From: a virus
Taxonomy: Duplodnaviria > Caudoviricetes
Virus record (IMG/VR): IMGVR_UViG_3300029305_005280
Strand: one strand, 5' to 3'
DNA length: 64,000 nucleotides
In this document: one piece after another, positions 10,320-20,224 of the stretch
Numbering within the stretch: position 1 is the stretch's first letter
How the letters are laid out: the number at the start of each line of letters is the position of its first letter
Program-made: the position numbers and the translations under genes
Notes under the pieces: model-generated
What the model was told of the DNA's origin: nothing
Databases searched by the model: none
The model's input: the letters and a program-made list of their open reading frames with translations, nothing else

Positions 10320-12566
10320 ATGAAAGTTATAAAAAGAAATGGAGCAGAAGTTGAATTTGACTCTGCTAAGATTGAACGTGCGCTTGAGAAAGCAAATGAT
10401 TCAATTGATATTAAAAGTAAAAGAATCAGCAAAAAACTAATCAGATTGATTGCTGAAGAAATATCGGAAGCATACATTACTTCAAAACGAACACGTAATG
10501 TTGAATATATTCAAGACCAAATTGAAAATAAGTTAATTGATTACAATGCTTATGCGGTTGCAAAAGAATATATTACATATAGATATAAGAGAACATTAGG
10601 AAGAACATCTAGTACAACTAATGATAAAATCATGGCGTTACTAGATAATGATAACGAAGAACTAAAGCAGGAAAATAGCAATAAGAATCCTGTTATTGCA
10701 TCAACACAGAGAGATTATATGGCGGGAGAGATTAGTAAGGATATTACTACACGTATCTTATTGTCTGATGATATTGTTGATGCACATAATCAAGGTATCA
10801 TACATTTCCATGATGCTGATTATTTTGCTCAGCACATCTTTAATTGTTGCTTAGTTAACCTTGAGGATATGCTTCAGAATGGAACCGTTATAAGCGGTAC
10901 CTTGATTGAAAAGCCTCATTCTTTCTCAACTGCTTGTAATATTGCTACACAGATTATTGCTCAGATTGCAAGTAATCAGTATGGTGGGCAAACGATTAGT
11001 TTAGCACATCTTGCTCCTTTTGTTGAGATAAGTAGACAAAAGATTCGTAAACAAGTGGAAGCTGAACAGAAATTAGCATTTGAATCTTGTCATGCAGGTA
11101 CACTTACTGAGTTTTCAGACAAGATGAAAGATGCTATTGAGCGTATAACGGAGCAGAGAGTTGCAGAGGAAGTAAAAAGAGGAATTCAAACTATTCAATA
11201 CCAAGTTGTAACTCTTATGACAACTAATGGTCAAGCGCCTTTCTTGTCAGTTAATATGTATCTTAACGAAGCTAAGAATGAAGAAGAAAAGATTGACCTT
11301 GCTTTAGTTATTGAAGAATTCCTCAGACAAAGAATTGAAGGAGTTAAGAACGAGAAGGGTGTTTGGATTACTCCTGCATTCCCGAAACTCCTATATGTGT
11401 TAGAAGAGGACAATTGTAGAGAGGGAACTAAATATTGGTATTTAACACAACTAGCAGCAAAATGTACTGCTAAGAGAATGGTTCCTGACTATATTTCAGA
11501 AAAGAAAATGCTTGAATATAAGATAAATGCAGATGGTACAGGTTCTTGTTATCCTTGTATGGGTTGCCGTTCTTTCTTAACTCCTTGGAGGACAAAGGAA
11601 GATAAATCTAAATCAAAAATTCAAGCAGGTAACAAATTCTATGGAAGATTCAATCAGGGTGTTGTGACAATAAACCTTGTTGATGTGGGTCTGTCTGCTG
11701 AAAAAGATTTAGATAGATTTTGGAGTGAATTTGATGCAAGATTAGAGTTATGCCACAAAGCATTACAGTTGCGACATGAAAGACTTGCTAATACAACAAG
11801 TGATACATCACCTATACACTGGCAACACGGTGCTATTGCTCGTTTAGATAAAGGTGAAAGCATTCATGATTTGTTACATGATGGCTATTCAACTATATCA
11901 CTTGGTTATGCAGGTTTGTGGGAATGCGTTTATGCTCTTACTGGTAAGAAATTAACCGAAACTGAGGGTGAAACTTTAGGGCTAGAGATTATGCAGCACA
12001 TGAACGATAAGTGCAAAGAATGGAAGGAAGCAGAAAATATTGACTATTCTGTTTATGGCACACCTATTGAGTCTGTTACCTACAAGTTTGCAAAAGCGTG
12101 TCAGGAAAGATATGGTATTATTGATGGTGTAACTGATAAAAATTATATTACAAATAGCTACCATATTCATGTTACCGAGCCGATTGATGCTTTTGATAAA
12201 TTAGCAACAGAAGCAAGATTCCAAAAGTTATCTCCCGGTGGAGCAATTAGTTATATTGAAGTACCAAATCTACAAAATAACCTCGAAGCTGTATTGTCAG
12301 TAATCAAATTTATCTATGACAATATTATGTATGCTGAGCTAAACACCAAAAGTGATTACTGTCACGTTTGTGGTTATGATGGTGAGATTTTAATACAAGA
12401 GGATTCAAATGGTAAACTATTCTGGGAATGCCCCAACTGTGGTAACACTGACCAAGATAAAATGAATGTAGCCAGAAGAACCTGTGGATATATTGGAACT
12501 GAGTTTTGGAATCAAGGACGCACACAAGAAATCAAAGAACGAGTAGTGCATTTAGGTAATGAATAA
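10320..12566 (+). CDS. nrdD: Class III anaerobic ribonucleoside-triphosphate reductase
   Basis: N-terminal ATP cone (MKVIKRNG), NCCL, MGCRSFL, CxxC...CxxC zinc site, glycyl-radical RTCGYIG. Confidence 0.97.
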   Translation: MKVIKRNGAEVEFDSAKIERALEKANDSIDIKSKRISKKLIRLIAEEISEAYITSKRTRNVEYIQDQIENKLIDYNAYAVAKEYITYRYKRTLGRTSSTTNDKIMALLDNDNEELKQENSNKNPVIASTQRDYMAGEISKDITTRILLSDDIVDAHNQGIIHFHDADYFAQHIFNCCLVNLEDMLQNGTVISGTLIEKPHSFSTACNIATQIIAQIASNQYGGQTISLAHLAPFVEISRQKIRKQVEAEQKLAFESCHAGTLTEFSDKMKDAIERITEQRVAEEVKRGIQTIQYQVVTLMTTNGQAPFLSVNMYLNEAKNEEEKIDLALVIEEFLRQRIEGVKNEKGVWITPAFPKLLYVLEEDNCREGTKYWYLTQLAAKCTAKRMVPDYISEKKMLEYKINADGTGSCYPCMGCRSFLTPWRTKEDKSKSKIQAGNKFYGRFNQGVVTINLVDVGLSAEKDLDRFWSEFDARLELCHKALQLRHERLANTTSDTSPIHWQHGAIARLDKGESIHDLLHDGYSTISLGYAGLWECVYALTGKKLTETEGETLGLEIMQHMNDKCKEWKEAENIDYSVYGTPIESVTYKFAKACQERYGIIDGVTDKNYITNSYHIHVTEPIDAFDKLATEARFQKLSPGGAISYIEVPNLQNNLEAVLSVIKFIYDNIMYAELNTKSDYCHVCGYDGEILIQEDSNGKLFWECPNCGNTDQDKMNVARRTCGYIGTEFWNQGRTQEIKERVVHLGNE

Positions 12567-13128
12567 TGGACGCATTTTAATATCAAGTATTTTAGCAGGA
12601 ATAATGATATCAGGTGCAACTATAAGTTATATAAATGCTCCCACATTGATTAGTGGAGCATTTATATTTTCTATAGGATTACTAACAATACTACAATTTA
12701 AGTTAAAGCTGTACACAGGAGTAGTTAGTTATGCAGCATCATTGAAAGACCTTATGTCTTTGGGTATTGTAGTATCAGGTAATATTATTGGTTGTTGTTT
12801 GATGTTTCTATTTCCGTCAGAAGTTGCTATTGATATTGTACAACAAAAGTTATTAACACCATATGTTGTATTGTTTGTTGAAGCCGTACTGTGCAATATA
12901 TTGATATATGTTGCAGTGGAATCTTATAAGAATAATCATATCATCGTTGTAGTATTTGCAGTTGCAGCTTTTATATTTGCGGGATTTGAACATTCGATTG
13001 CGAATATTTGTTTCTTCATATCAGCAAGAATGTTTACACTTAATGTCTTAATAAACATTATAGTTGTTATGTTAGGCAATGCTTTAGGTGGTATCTTATT
13101 TCATAGATTAAGGAAGTTAGTAAGATAA
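12559..13128 (+). CDS. Formate/nitrite transporter (FNT, FocA-like)
   Basis: ~6 TM helices; LYTG, GNIIG, CNIL, GFEHSIAN, GNALGG motifs. Confidence 0.88.
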   Translation: MNNGRILISSILAGIMISGATISYINAPTLISGAFIFSIGLLTILQFKLKLYTGVVSYAASLKDLMSLGIVVSGNIIGCCLMFLFPSEVAIDIVQQKLLTPYVVLFVEAVLCNILIYVAVESYKNNHIIVVVFAVAAFIFAGFEHSIANICFFISARMFTLNVLINIIVVMLGNALGGILFHRLRKLVR

Positions 13129-13638
13129 ATGAAAGTTGCAAAGATTGAAAAAAATTCAGTTTCTAATGGGCCTGGGGTTAGAGTTGTTGTTTGGTGTCAG
13201 GGGTGTTCAATACAATGCCCTGAATGTCATAACAAAGGTACTTGGGACCCTGAAGGTGGAGAATATATAACCCAGTTTGATGTTATAAGTATTTTTGAGG
13301 AACTTGAAAAACCTTGGGTTAGAGGCATCACATTCTCGGGTGGACACCCACTTGAAGATTACAATATTGAAGGTGTCATTGAATTAGCAAGTAATATCAA
13401 AGAAAAGTTTCCTGAAAAAGATATATGGTTGTACACAGGGTTGAAATTATGTTTCAATGATTTCAGTGATAATACTTCTTTAACAACTTGTTTACGATTG
13501 TGTGATGTTGTAGTTGATGGTCCATATATCAATGAATTAAGAAATATAAGTTTACCATATTGTGGCAGTTCCAATCAAAGAGTTATTGATGTAGAGAGAA
13601 CACTTGAAAATAAAGAAATAACATTATACAAAGAATAG
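13129..13638 (+). CDS. nrdG: Anaerobic RNR activating radical-SAM enzyme
   Basis: NGPGVRVVVWCQGCSIQCPECHN, SGGHP, VVVDGPY, GSSNQRVID. Confidence 0.96.
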   Translation: MKVAKIEKNSVSNGPGVRVVVWCQGCSIQCPECHNKGTWDPEGGEYITQFDVISIFEELEKPWVRGITFSGGHPLEDYNIEGVIELASNIKEKFPEKDIWLYTGLKLCFNDFSDNTSLTTCLRLCDVVVDGPYINELRNISLPYCGSSNQRVIDVERTLENKEITLYKE

Positions 13639-13698
13639 CATTTTACTGCTATTCTTTTTTTTTGTTTAGTTGAAATATCTTTACTGTCAATATATAAT
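13631..13698 (+). terminator. Terminator immediately followed by TAGTTGA promoter (13667-13698)
   Basis: AAGAATAGCA/TGCTATTCTT + T tract, then TTGAAA-N17-TATAAT. Confidence 0.8.
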
Positions 13699-13730
13699 AA
13701 AGTTAGAAAATAAAAAAAGAGGTAATAAAT

Positions 13731-13973
13731 ATGCACACATATGTTGACCATCAAGGAATTTGGCGTTGTAGTTGTGGTACCATTCGTGATTTTGCTGAAA
13801 CTATTGTTGAACACGTTTGCCCTTTTATTGACAGTATTGTAACTTGTATCTTTAATGATAAGATGTTTACAGTGACTAAAACTGATACAGTAGAGATGAT
13901 AATCAATAGATGGAATGATGTAGATTATAACAATTACGAATATAGACTTGTTGAACGTTTAGTTGTAAAATGA
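13731..13973 (+). CDS. Hypothetical protein
   Basis: GAGGT RBS after promoter. Confidence 0.65.
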   Translation: MHTYVDHQGIWRCSCGTIRDFAETIVEHVCPFIDSIVTCIFNDKMFTVTKTDTVEMIINRWNDVDYNNYEYRLVERLVVK

Positions 13974-14200
13974 GTATACTTACTATATAATAAATATGTA
14001 GATTAAAAAAGGAAGGTTGATTACATAATGACGTTGAAAAAGATTGGAAATCTAATTTCGTACATAATGGCATTTGCAAGTATTTTACTTCTTACGTGGA
14101 TGTTCTTTAGTTGGGTTGAAGTTGTTTCGCATAATCTTGAACCTGGCTATGTTTACAGTAATGCTAATTTCTTTACATGGATGCTGGAGGTAGTTAAATA

Positions 14201-14740
14201 ATGAAATTGATGATTGACATTCTAGAGGAAATGCTTCCTTTTGGATTAAAGATTGAACACTATAAAGAGCACAGTACAAAGTATACAATTACACTTGTAT
14301 ACAAAGCAAGTTATGGTACAATGGCAACTGTAGAACTACCTAAGATGGTAATTCCTGGCACTGAAAAAGAAATGTGCGGTTATGCTATTTGTACTGCAAT
14401 GTCAACTATTATGATTAATCAGAATAATCTTATTGAAGCAAAAGAATGGATGGATATGATTGTATCTGGTGAGTATAAGACCTTGGGTGTTAGGCCTATT
14501 GGTTGGTCTGTATGTAAGCTTCAACAAAGATATATAAATAGTCAACCCTGTTATCAGTATCAAACTTTATATGAGTTCATTGAAACATACGAGGAAGCTG
14601 ACCTTCTTGCACAGTATGAAATGAAGCGTAAATGTGGCAATGATTTGATATTTATATTCCCCGGTGCAAACAGGAACCTCAGTGATGAGGAAAGGGAACA
14701 AGTTAAAGAGCTTGCTAGAAAGTATAAGGTGGAAAAGTAA
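14201..14740 (+). CDS. Hypothetical protein
   Basis: GGAGGT RBS. Confidence 0.7.
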   Translation: MKLMIDILEEMLPFGLKIEHYKEHSTKYTITLVYKASYGTMATVELPKMVIPGTEKEMCGYAICTAMSTIMINQNNLIEAKEWMDMIVSGEYKTLGVRPIGWSVCKLQQRYINSQPCYQYQTLYEFIETYEEADLLAQYEMKRKCGNDLIFIFPGANRNLSDEEREQVKELARKYKVEK

Positions 14741-15126
14741 TGAGTTATAAATACGGAAGAAGTAACTGGTCTGATAATTCAGGTTGTGGTGGGATTATTT
14801 TTGTGGCAGTGATTATTGTTATCATGTTTGTTTGTTCACTTGCTGCTGTTTTACATACAACTGAATACACAAATCTTACAGTAACTGATAAAAGTTACTC
14901 TGGTGAGTCTGATGGATATATTGTGTGGTTTGAAGATGCTAATGGTACTCAGTATGAATTTGAAAATTCGGATTCATTACTAAGGGGTAAATTCAATTCA
15001 GGAACAATTCAAGGTAAACTTAAAGAAGGTTGTACATACAATATTACAACCACAGGATGGAGAATTCCATTGTTTAGCGCATACCCAAATATTATTGAGT
15101 ATCAATTAGTCGAAGATAAAGAATAA
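14740..15126 (+). CDS. Membrane-anchored conserved phage protein (DUF1523-like)
   Basis: N-terminal TM; KFNS..IQG.L..G..Y.I...GWRIP..S.YPNII. Confidence 0.6.
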   Translation: MSYKYGRSNWSDNSGCGGIIFVAVIIVIMFVCSLAAVLHTTEYTNLTVTDKSYSGESDGYIVWFEDANGTQYEFENSDSLLRGKFNSGTIQGKLKEGCTYNITTTGWRIPLFSAYPNIIEYQLVEDKE

Positions 15127-15143
15127 TTGATACAGGAGGAAGG

Positions 15144-15797
15144 TTGTTATATATGTCAGGTATTTTTGGTATAGATGAAGTTTTTGAGTTACTTGGTAAA
15201 GATGCATTATCAATTGAAACTGTAAATAAGAAAAGTCGTGAAAGTATCGAAGTTGAAGGATTTAAAGTATATCGGCAATCTTTAAGATATGCCACTTTCT
15301 ATCAAAAAGGCACAACTTGTGTTTGTTGTGGACGACAGGGAGCTTATTTTAAGTTAGAAGAGGATACTGACGGCACTAGTCCTGAAAGAAGACATTTTAA
15401 TCTTTATTCTGAAGATGGAATGTTGATGACTAAAGACCATATTCGACCTCTTAAACTTAAAGGTGAAGACCATATTGATAATATGCAGACCCTTTGTGAA
15501 GAATGTAATAAAGCAAAGGGTAGTAAATATAGTTGTATGCTGGAAACTATTGTTGCTCGTAATACTGAAAATCCTGAAAATGAACATAATTTTCTTAAGT
15601 TAGAGGACGCAGTTGTTTACATTTGTGATAAGCGACATATATTAGGAAACAAATCAAAACCAGGTAAATTAGCACGTAAGGTAGTTAAGGTTACTCAAGA
15701 TATACTTAATGCAATAAACATGAAAGAACCCTACAATGGTTTTGAGTGGTTTATAGAAGATAGGTTATGGGAGGGCAAGTCCTACGGTGAACAGTAG
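15144..15797 (+). CDS. HNH endonuclease domain protein
   Basis: CVCC; TKDHIRP..KG.D.IDNMQTLCEECNKAKG. Confidence 0.85.
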   Translation: MLYMSGIFGIDEVFELLGKDALSIETVNKKSRESIEVEGFKVYRQSLRYATFYQKGTTCVCCGRQGAYFKLEEDTDGTSPERRHFNLYSEDGMLMTKDHIRPLKLKGEDHIDNMQTLCEECNKAKGSKYSCMLETIVARNTENPENEHNFLKLEDAVVYICDKRHILGNKSKPGKLARKVVKVTQDILNAINMKEPYNGFEWFIEDRLWEGKSYGEQ

Positions 15798-15960
15798 AGA
15801 ATTGAAAGATTTAAAGTATCTTGCATACAAGGAATCAAAGAATTATAATCTTGCTCCCAGTGTGCAGATTGAAGCAATGAAAGCTTATGCACTTCTTTGT
15901 ATTGCAGAGAAGTTGGACATAGAAAAAGAAAATAAAGAGGTGAAAGAAACTGATTATTGA
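15787..15960 (+). CDS. Small hypothetical protein (57 aa, not in ORF track)
   Basis: GTG start after GGAGG; fills the gap between HNH and RNA ligase. Confidence 0.5.
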   Translation: MNSRELKDLKYLAYKESKNYNLAPSVQIEAMKAYALLCIAEKLDIEKENKEVKETDY

Positions 15961-17110
15961 TGGAAAGAGAGCTCTGGTATACATAACTACTCTTGATGAA
16001 ATCAAACCCATCGAAGGATATGACAGAGTTGAACATGGTCGTGTTGGCGGTTGGTGGTGTATTATCAATAAAGCCGATAATATGACTGTTGGAGACAAAG
16101 TTGTATACTTTGAGGTTGATAGTAAGGTTCCTGATAAGGACGAACGATTTGCATTTCTTGAGAAGAGACATTATAAGATTAAGACTCTAAAGATGTGTAA
16201 AGTTTTGTCACAGGGTCTTATTATGCCTATTTCCGCATTTCCTGAATTAGAAGGAAAAGATGTAGGAACTGATGTCACTGAGATTCTAAAAGTTGTATAT
16301 GCAGAAGCAGAAGACAATACTCGTAAGAATGGCAACCCTAATGCAAAATATGATTCAATGAAATCACGCCATAAGAAACTATTCAAGAAGCCTTGGGCAA
16401 GATGGATGATGAAACGAGCTTGGGGGAGAAAGGTCATGTTTTTCTTCTTTGGTAAAAAGAAAGATAATCCTCGTGGATTTCCTTCTTTTATTTCGAAGAC
16501 TGATGAAGAACGAATTGAAAACCAGCCCTGGCGACTACAGGAAGATAGAGAATGGTTAACAACTGAAAAGCTTGATGGTACCTCTTGTACATACGCTCTT
16601 GAACGTAAGGGTAGGAATAAATTTGAGTTCTACGTTTGTTCTCGTAATGTAAGACAAGCGGACGAAAATCAAGTTACATATCACGACCATAATATCTATT
16701 GGGACCTTGCATTTAAGTACAATATTGAACAACATCTTAAAGATTATCTTGATTTACATACTGATTACAAGTGGGTATGTATTCAAGGTGAGGGTGTTGG
16801 TTCAGTACAAGGGAACCCACTTAAACTTGACTCTGATGACCTATACATATTCAACTTTAAAACTTCAGAATATGGAAGACACGGCTCATTGGAAGGAAAG
16901 GATATTGTTGAAGGCTGGGGTATGAAATGGGTACCTATCCTTGGTGTTGTCAAACTTCCTGAAACAATGGAAGAAATGAAAGAGCAAGCGGAAGGTAGTT
17001 CAGTTGTAAATCCTAAAGTACTTCGTGAAGGCATCGTTTACAGAAGCCTTGATGGAAAAGAATCATTTAAGAATGTAGCAAATTCATATTTGCTTAAACA
17101 TAATTCATAA
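15950..17110 (+). CDS. RNA ligase (Rnl2/DRB0094-type), probable CTG start
   Basis: TEKLDGTS (motif I), IQGE, EGIVYR, SFK; the frame upstream of ATG 16082 is open and encodes the family N-terminus. Confidence 0.88.
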   Translation: MIIDGKRALVYITTLDEIKPIEGYDRVEHGRVGGWWCIINKADNMTVGDKVVYFEVDSKVPDKDERFAFLEKRHYKIKTLKMCKVLSQGLIMPISAFPELEGKDVGTDVTEILKVVYAEAEDNTRKNGNPNAKYDSMKSRHKKLFKKPWARWMMKRAWGRKVMFFFFGKKKDNPRGFPSFISKTDEERIENQPWRLQEDREWLTTEKLDGTSCTYALERKGRNKFEFYVCSRNVRQADENQVTYHDHNIYWDLAFKYNIEQHLKDYLDLHTDYKWVCIQGEGVGSVQGNPLKLDSDDLYIFNFKTSEYGRHGSLEGKDIVEGWGMKWVPILGVVKLPETMEEMKEQAEGSSVVNPKVLREGIVYRSLDGKESFKNVANSYLLKHNS

Positions 17111-17129
17111 TTATTAAGGAGAAAGATAA

Positions 17130-18083
17130 ATGGCTATTGCAATTATTCTATGTTTAGTTTTCCTGGCTCTTATTGCAGGAACTATTGTTTATGCTGTCCG
17201 TAGTTACAGCAAGGTTGAATCCTCGTATTATAGTGAACAGTCAGAAAAGACTATTGCTAAGAACAAGAAGCTCAAGAAGCAAGGACTTATCGCAATTGTT
17301 CTCTGTGTAATCTGTGTAATTGGATTTATTTTCATCCCTTGGTCATTCCATACTGTTGACCAGAGTGAAGTAGCAGTTGTTAAGTCTCTCGGTAAGATTA
17401 AGAATACTCGTGATGCTGGTACATATTTTGATTTCTGGGTACTCAATTCTTACACAACGTATAGCACTAAGGTACAGGAAGTAACTCTGGAAGATATGGC
17501 ATACTCGAGTGATGCACAGCAAATGACACTTGCAATTAAATTCCAGTATCAGATTATGCCCGATAAGATTAAGGAAATTACCACACAGTATGGCAACCTT
17601 ACAACTCTTGAAGCTCGAATTACACCAACTGTTAGAGATAAAGTAAAAGGTGTTTGCTCTTCACTTACTGCTATGGAAATCATTGCACAGCGTGAAACAC
17701 TTTCAGCTAAAGCATTTGAATCTGTAAAAGACGCACTTGGTACTGGATATCATGTAAATATCACAAGTGTAGCAATTACTAACATTGATTTTAGTGACCA
17801 GTTTGAAACAGCTGTTGAAGAGAAGATGATTGCAGAACAGCAAGCACTCAAGGCTGAATATGAAAATGAAGCAAAGGTAGCAAAAGCAGAAGCTGATGCA
17901 AAGGCAAAATTGCTTGAAGCAGAGGCGCAAGCGGAAGCAAATAAACTTCTTCAGAATTCTATCACTGACAAGACCCTCAAAGAAAAGTATCTCGACAAGT
18001 GGGACGGTAAGCTACCTGAAGTAGTTGCAGGAGAAGATATTTCAATGATTCTTCCTTCTTATGGTGAAGATGCAGCTAACTAA
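17130..18083 (+). CDS. SPFH/prohibitin (band 7) membrane protein
   Basis: Two N-terminal TMs, NIDFSDQFETAVEEK, AEA-rich coil, KWDGKLP. Confidence 0.92.
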   Translation: MAIAIILCLVFLALIAGTIVYAVRSYSKVESSYYSEQSEKTIAKNKKLKKQGLIAIVLCVICVIGFIFIPWSFHTVDQSEVAVVKSLGKIKNTRDAGTYFDFWVLNSYTTYSTKVQEVTLEDMAYSSDAQQMTLAIKFQYQIMPDKIKEITTQYGNLTTLEARITPTVRDKVKGVCSSLTAMEIIAQRETLSAKAFESVKDALGTGYHVNITSVAITNIDFSDQFETAVEEKMIAEQQALKAEYENEAKVAKAEADAKAKLLEAEAQAEANKLLQNSITDKTLKEKYLDKWDGKLPEVVAGEDISMILPSYGEDAAN

Positions 18084-18097
18084 CATTGATGAATAAT

Positions 18098-18131
18098 AAA
18101 TAGCTGCAAGGAATACCTTGCAGCTATTTTT
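18098..18131 (+). terminator. Rho-independent terminator
   Basis: AAATAGCTGCAAGG/CCTTGCAGCTATTT perfect hairpin + Ts. Confidence 0.9.
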
Positions 18132-18148
18132 GTATATAGAGGTTAAAC

Positions 18149-18628
18149 ATGAAATTTGAAAAAATAAGTTACTCTCAGTTTAAGAAAGATAATCTAGATA
18201 TTTTTATTGGTTATGAACAGATTAAGCTGCCTAAGAGAGCCACAATGTATTCGGCAGGTTATGATATTTTTAGTGTATGCTCCTTTGAATTAAAACCTAG
18301 ACAAAGTATACTGCTGCCAACTGGAATTAAAGCACAACTTGATTGTGACAAAGTGCTGGTTATTGCACCAAGAAGTGGTCAAGGGTTCAAATATAAAGTA
18401 CAACTTTACAATACAGTTGGAATTATCGACGCTGACTATTATAATAATGAAAAGAATGAAGGTCATATGTGGGTAAAACTCTACAATGACTCACCTGATG
18501 GAGAAACTCTAAGCATAACAGCAGGGGATGCAATCTGTCAGGGTATCATAATGCCATACTTTACAGTTGAAGGAGATAATGTTGATGATGTTCGAACAGG
18601 TGGGTTCGGTAGCACAAGTGAACATTGA
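18149..18628 (+). CDS. dut: Trimeric dUTPase
   Basis: SAGYD, PRSG, GIIDADY, ICQG, RTGGFGST. Confidence 0.96.
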   Translation: MKFEKISYSQFKKDNLDIFIGYEQIKLPKRATMYSAGYDIFSVCSFELKPRQSILLPTGIKAQLDCDKVLVIAPRSGQGFKYKVQLYNTVGIIDADYYNNEKNEGHMWVKLYNDSPDGETLSITAGDAICQGIIMPYFTVEGDNVDDVRTGGFGSTSEH

Positions 18629-19970
18629 TATTGAAAAAGATATCTATGACTTTTGTAACCAGATAAAGTCAACCTCTTCCACAAATGAGAAGAAAGCTAT
18701 AATTGCTAAATATCAAGGTAACAAAGGTGTTGAAGAGTTTCTTAAATTCCTTTTTGACAAAACAATTGTTACGGGAATTAGTAAACAGAAAATGCATAAA
18801 GTATTGAGTGGTTCGGTTGAACTGCCACATGAACATAAATGTAAATCAATACTTGAAATTATTGAATATTTGAAAGAGCACAATACAGGAACTGATGTTG
18901 ATATCAATGTATGTCAGGATTATATTAGTTTAGTTTATTGTAATGCACTGTTCAGACCTGGTTTCATTTCTGAAGAATTAGCACTTGAATATAAAGATAT
19001 GCTTGAAAAGATTATTACCAAGTCACTAAGGTTAGGTATTGATACTAAACTTGTTAACAATGCTATTCCCGGACTGATTAAAGTGCATGAAGTGCAGCAA
19101 GCAAATGCACTTAAAAATGTCAAGTTAAAAGATAACGAATGGATTTGTTTGTCCGAAAAGTTAAACGGTAATCGTGCAACTTACATTGATGGAAAGTTGA
19201 TTAGTAGGCAAGGAAAAGAGTTTACAAATGTTGACCATATAATCAAAGATTTGAATCGTCTCAGAAGTAACTTTGATGTCAATATGGTCTTTGATGGTGA
19301 GATTATACGAAAGAATGTTGACAACCTAAGTGATAATGAAAACTTTCGTATTGGTACAGGACTACTAACATCAGACGCAGAGGACAAGACCGCTTTATCT
19401 TTTGTAATCTTCGATTTGCTGCCTTGCAGTGAGTTTAAAAATGGTCAAAGTAAACTAACCTATAAGGATAGAATGAGCCAAATGTGCCAAGTTTGTGAGT
19501 GGATTTCAAACGGGGCATATAATCATATTGGTGTTGTAGATTTTCTGTACGAAGGAAATGACCATTCAATGATTGAAACTTGTCTTGCAGAAATGGATTC
19601 TCAGGGCAAAGAGGGTTGTATGCTTGCACGTGATGTTCCTTATTATTGTAAACGACATAACGGTTTACTTAAGGTAAAAACTTTCTACACAATGGACCTT
19701 GAGGTTGTGGGATTTGAAGAAGGCAAAGGTAGACTTGAAGGTACTTTGGGTGCATTGATTGTTAAGTACAAGGACAATCTTGTTGGTGTTGGTGGTTTCA
19801 CAGATGTAATGAAGGACGAAATATGGAATAATAGAGATAAGTATCTTGGACGTATTGCAGAAGTAAAATACAAAGAAATTACTCATGATAAAGTGACAGG
19901 AAAAGAAAGTTTACAATTCCCCACATTTGTACAATTTAGAGAAGAAGGAAAACAAGTTAGTTACGATTAA
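18567..19970 (+). CDS. ATP-dependent DNA ligase (likely start GTG 18618)
   Basis: SEKLNGNR, FDGEI, IFD, EGCM, LLKVK, OB domain, SLQFPTF. Confidence 0.93.
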   Translation: MKEIMLMMFEQVGSVAQVNIDIEKDIYDFCNQIKSTSSTNEKKAIIAKYQGNKGVEEFLKFLFDKTIVTGISKQKMHKVLSGSVELPHEHKCKSILEIIEYLKEHNTGTDVDINVCQDYISLVYCNALFRPGFISEELALEYKDMLEKIITKSLRLGIDTKLVNNAIPGLIKVHEVQQANALKNVKLKDNEWICLSEKLNGNRATYIDGKLISRQGKEFTNVDHIIKDLNRLRSNFDVNMVFDGEIIRKNVDNLSDNENFRIGTGLLTSDAEDKTALSFVIFDLLPCSEFKNGQSKLTYKDRMSQMCQVCEWISNGAYNHIGVVDFLYEGNDHSMIETCLAEMDSQGKEGCMLARDVPYYCKRHNGLLKVKTFYTMDLEVVGFEEGKGRLEGTLGALIVKYKDNLVGVGGFTDVMKDEIWNNRDKYLGRIAEVKYKEITHDKVTGKESLQFPTFVQFREEGKQVSYD

Positions 19971-20029
19971 TAGTTGAATATTTTTTCCATATACTATATA
20001 ATAAAATAAAAAAGTAAAGGAGCATAACA

Positions 20030-20224
20030 ATGACTGTTAGTAAATTAAGAGAAATTCTTGCAATCATTGACCCCGACACAGAAGTAAAGATTAAAATTGA
20101 CACTTGGGACATGAGAGATAAGGATTGTTTTGTTGCAAGTGTTAGTATGAGTACAAATGAGAATGGAGAACTTGTTGCGACATTACATCATGGCGTACAT
20201 GAAAAAGTAGAAGATGACGAGTAA
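20030..20224 (+). CDS. Hypothetical protein
   Basis: AAGGAG RBS after promoter at 19971-20002. Confidence 0.7.
   Translation: MTVSKLREILAIIDPDTEVKIKIDTWDMRDKDCFVASVSMSTNENGELVATLHHGVHEKVEDDE

Noticed and set aside
10320-12566. Intron or intein in nrdD
   Set aside because: The ORF is continuous and of normal length, with no intein motifs.
15144-15797. Mobile homing endonuclease or intron
   Set aside because: Free-standing HNH with no interrupted host gene or flanking intron structure.
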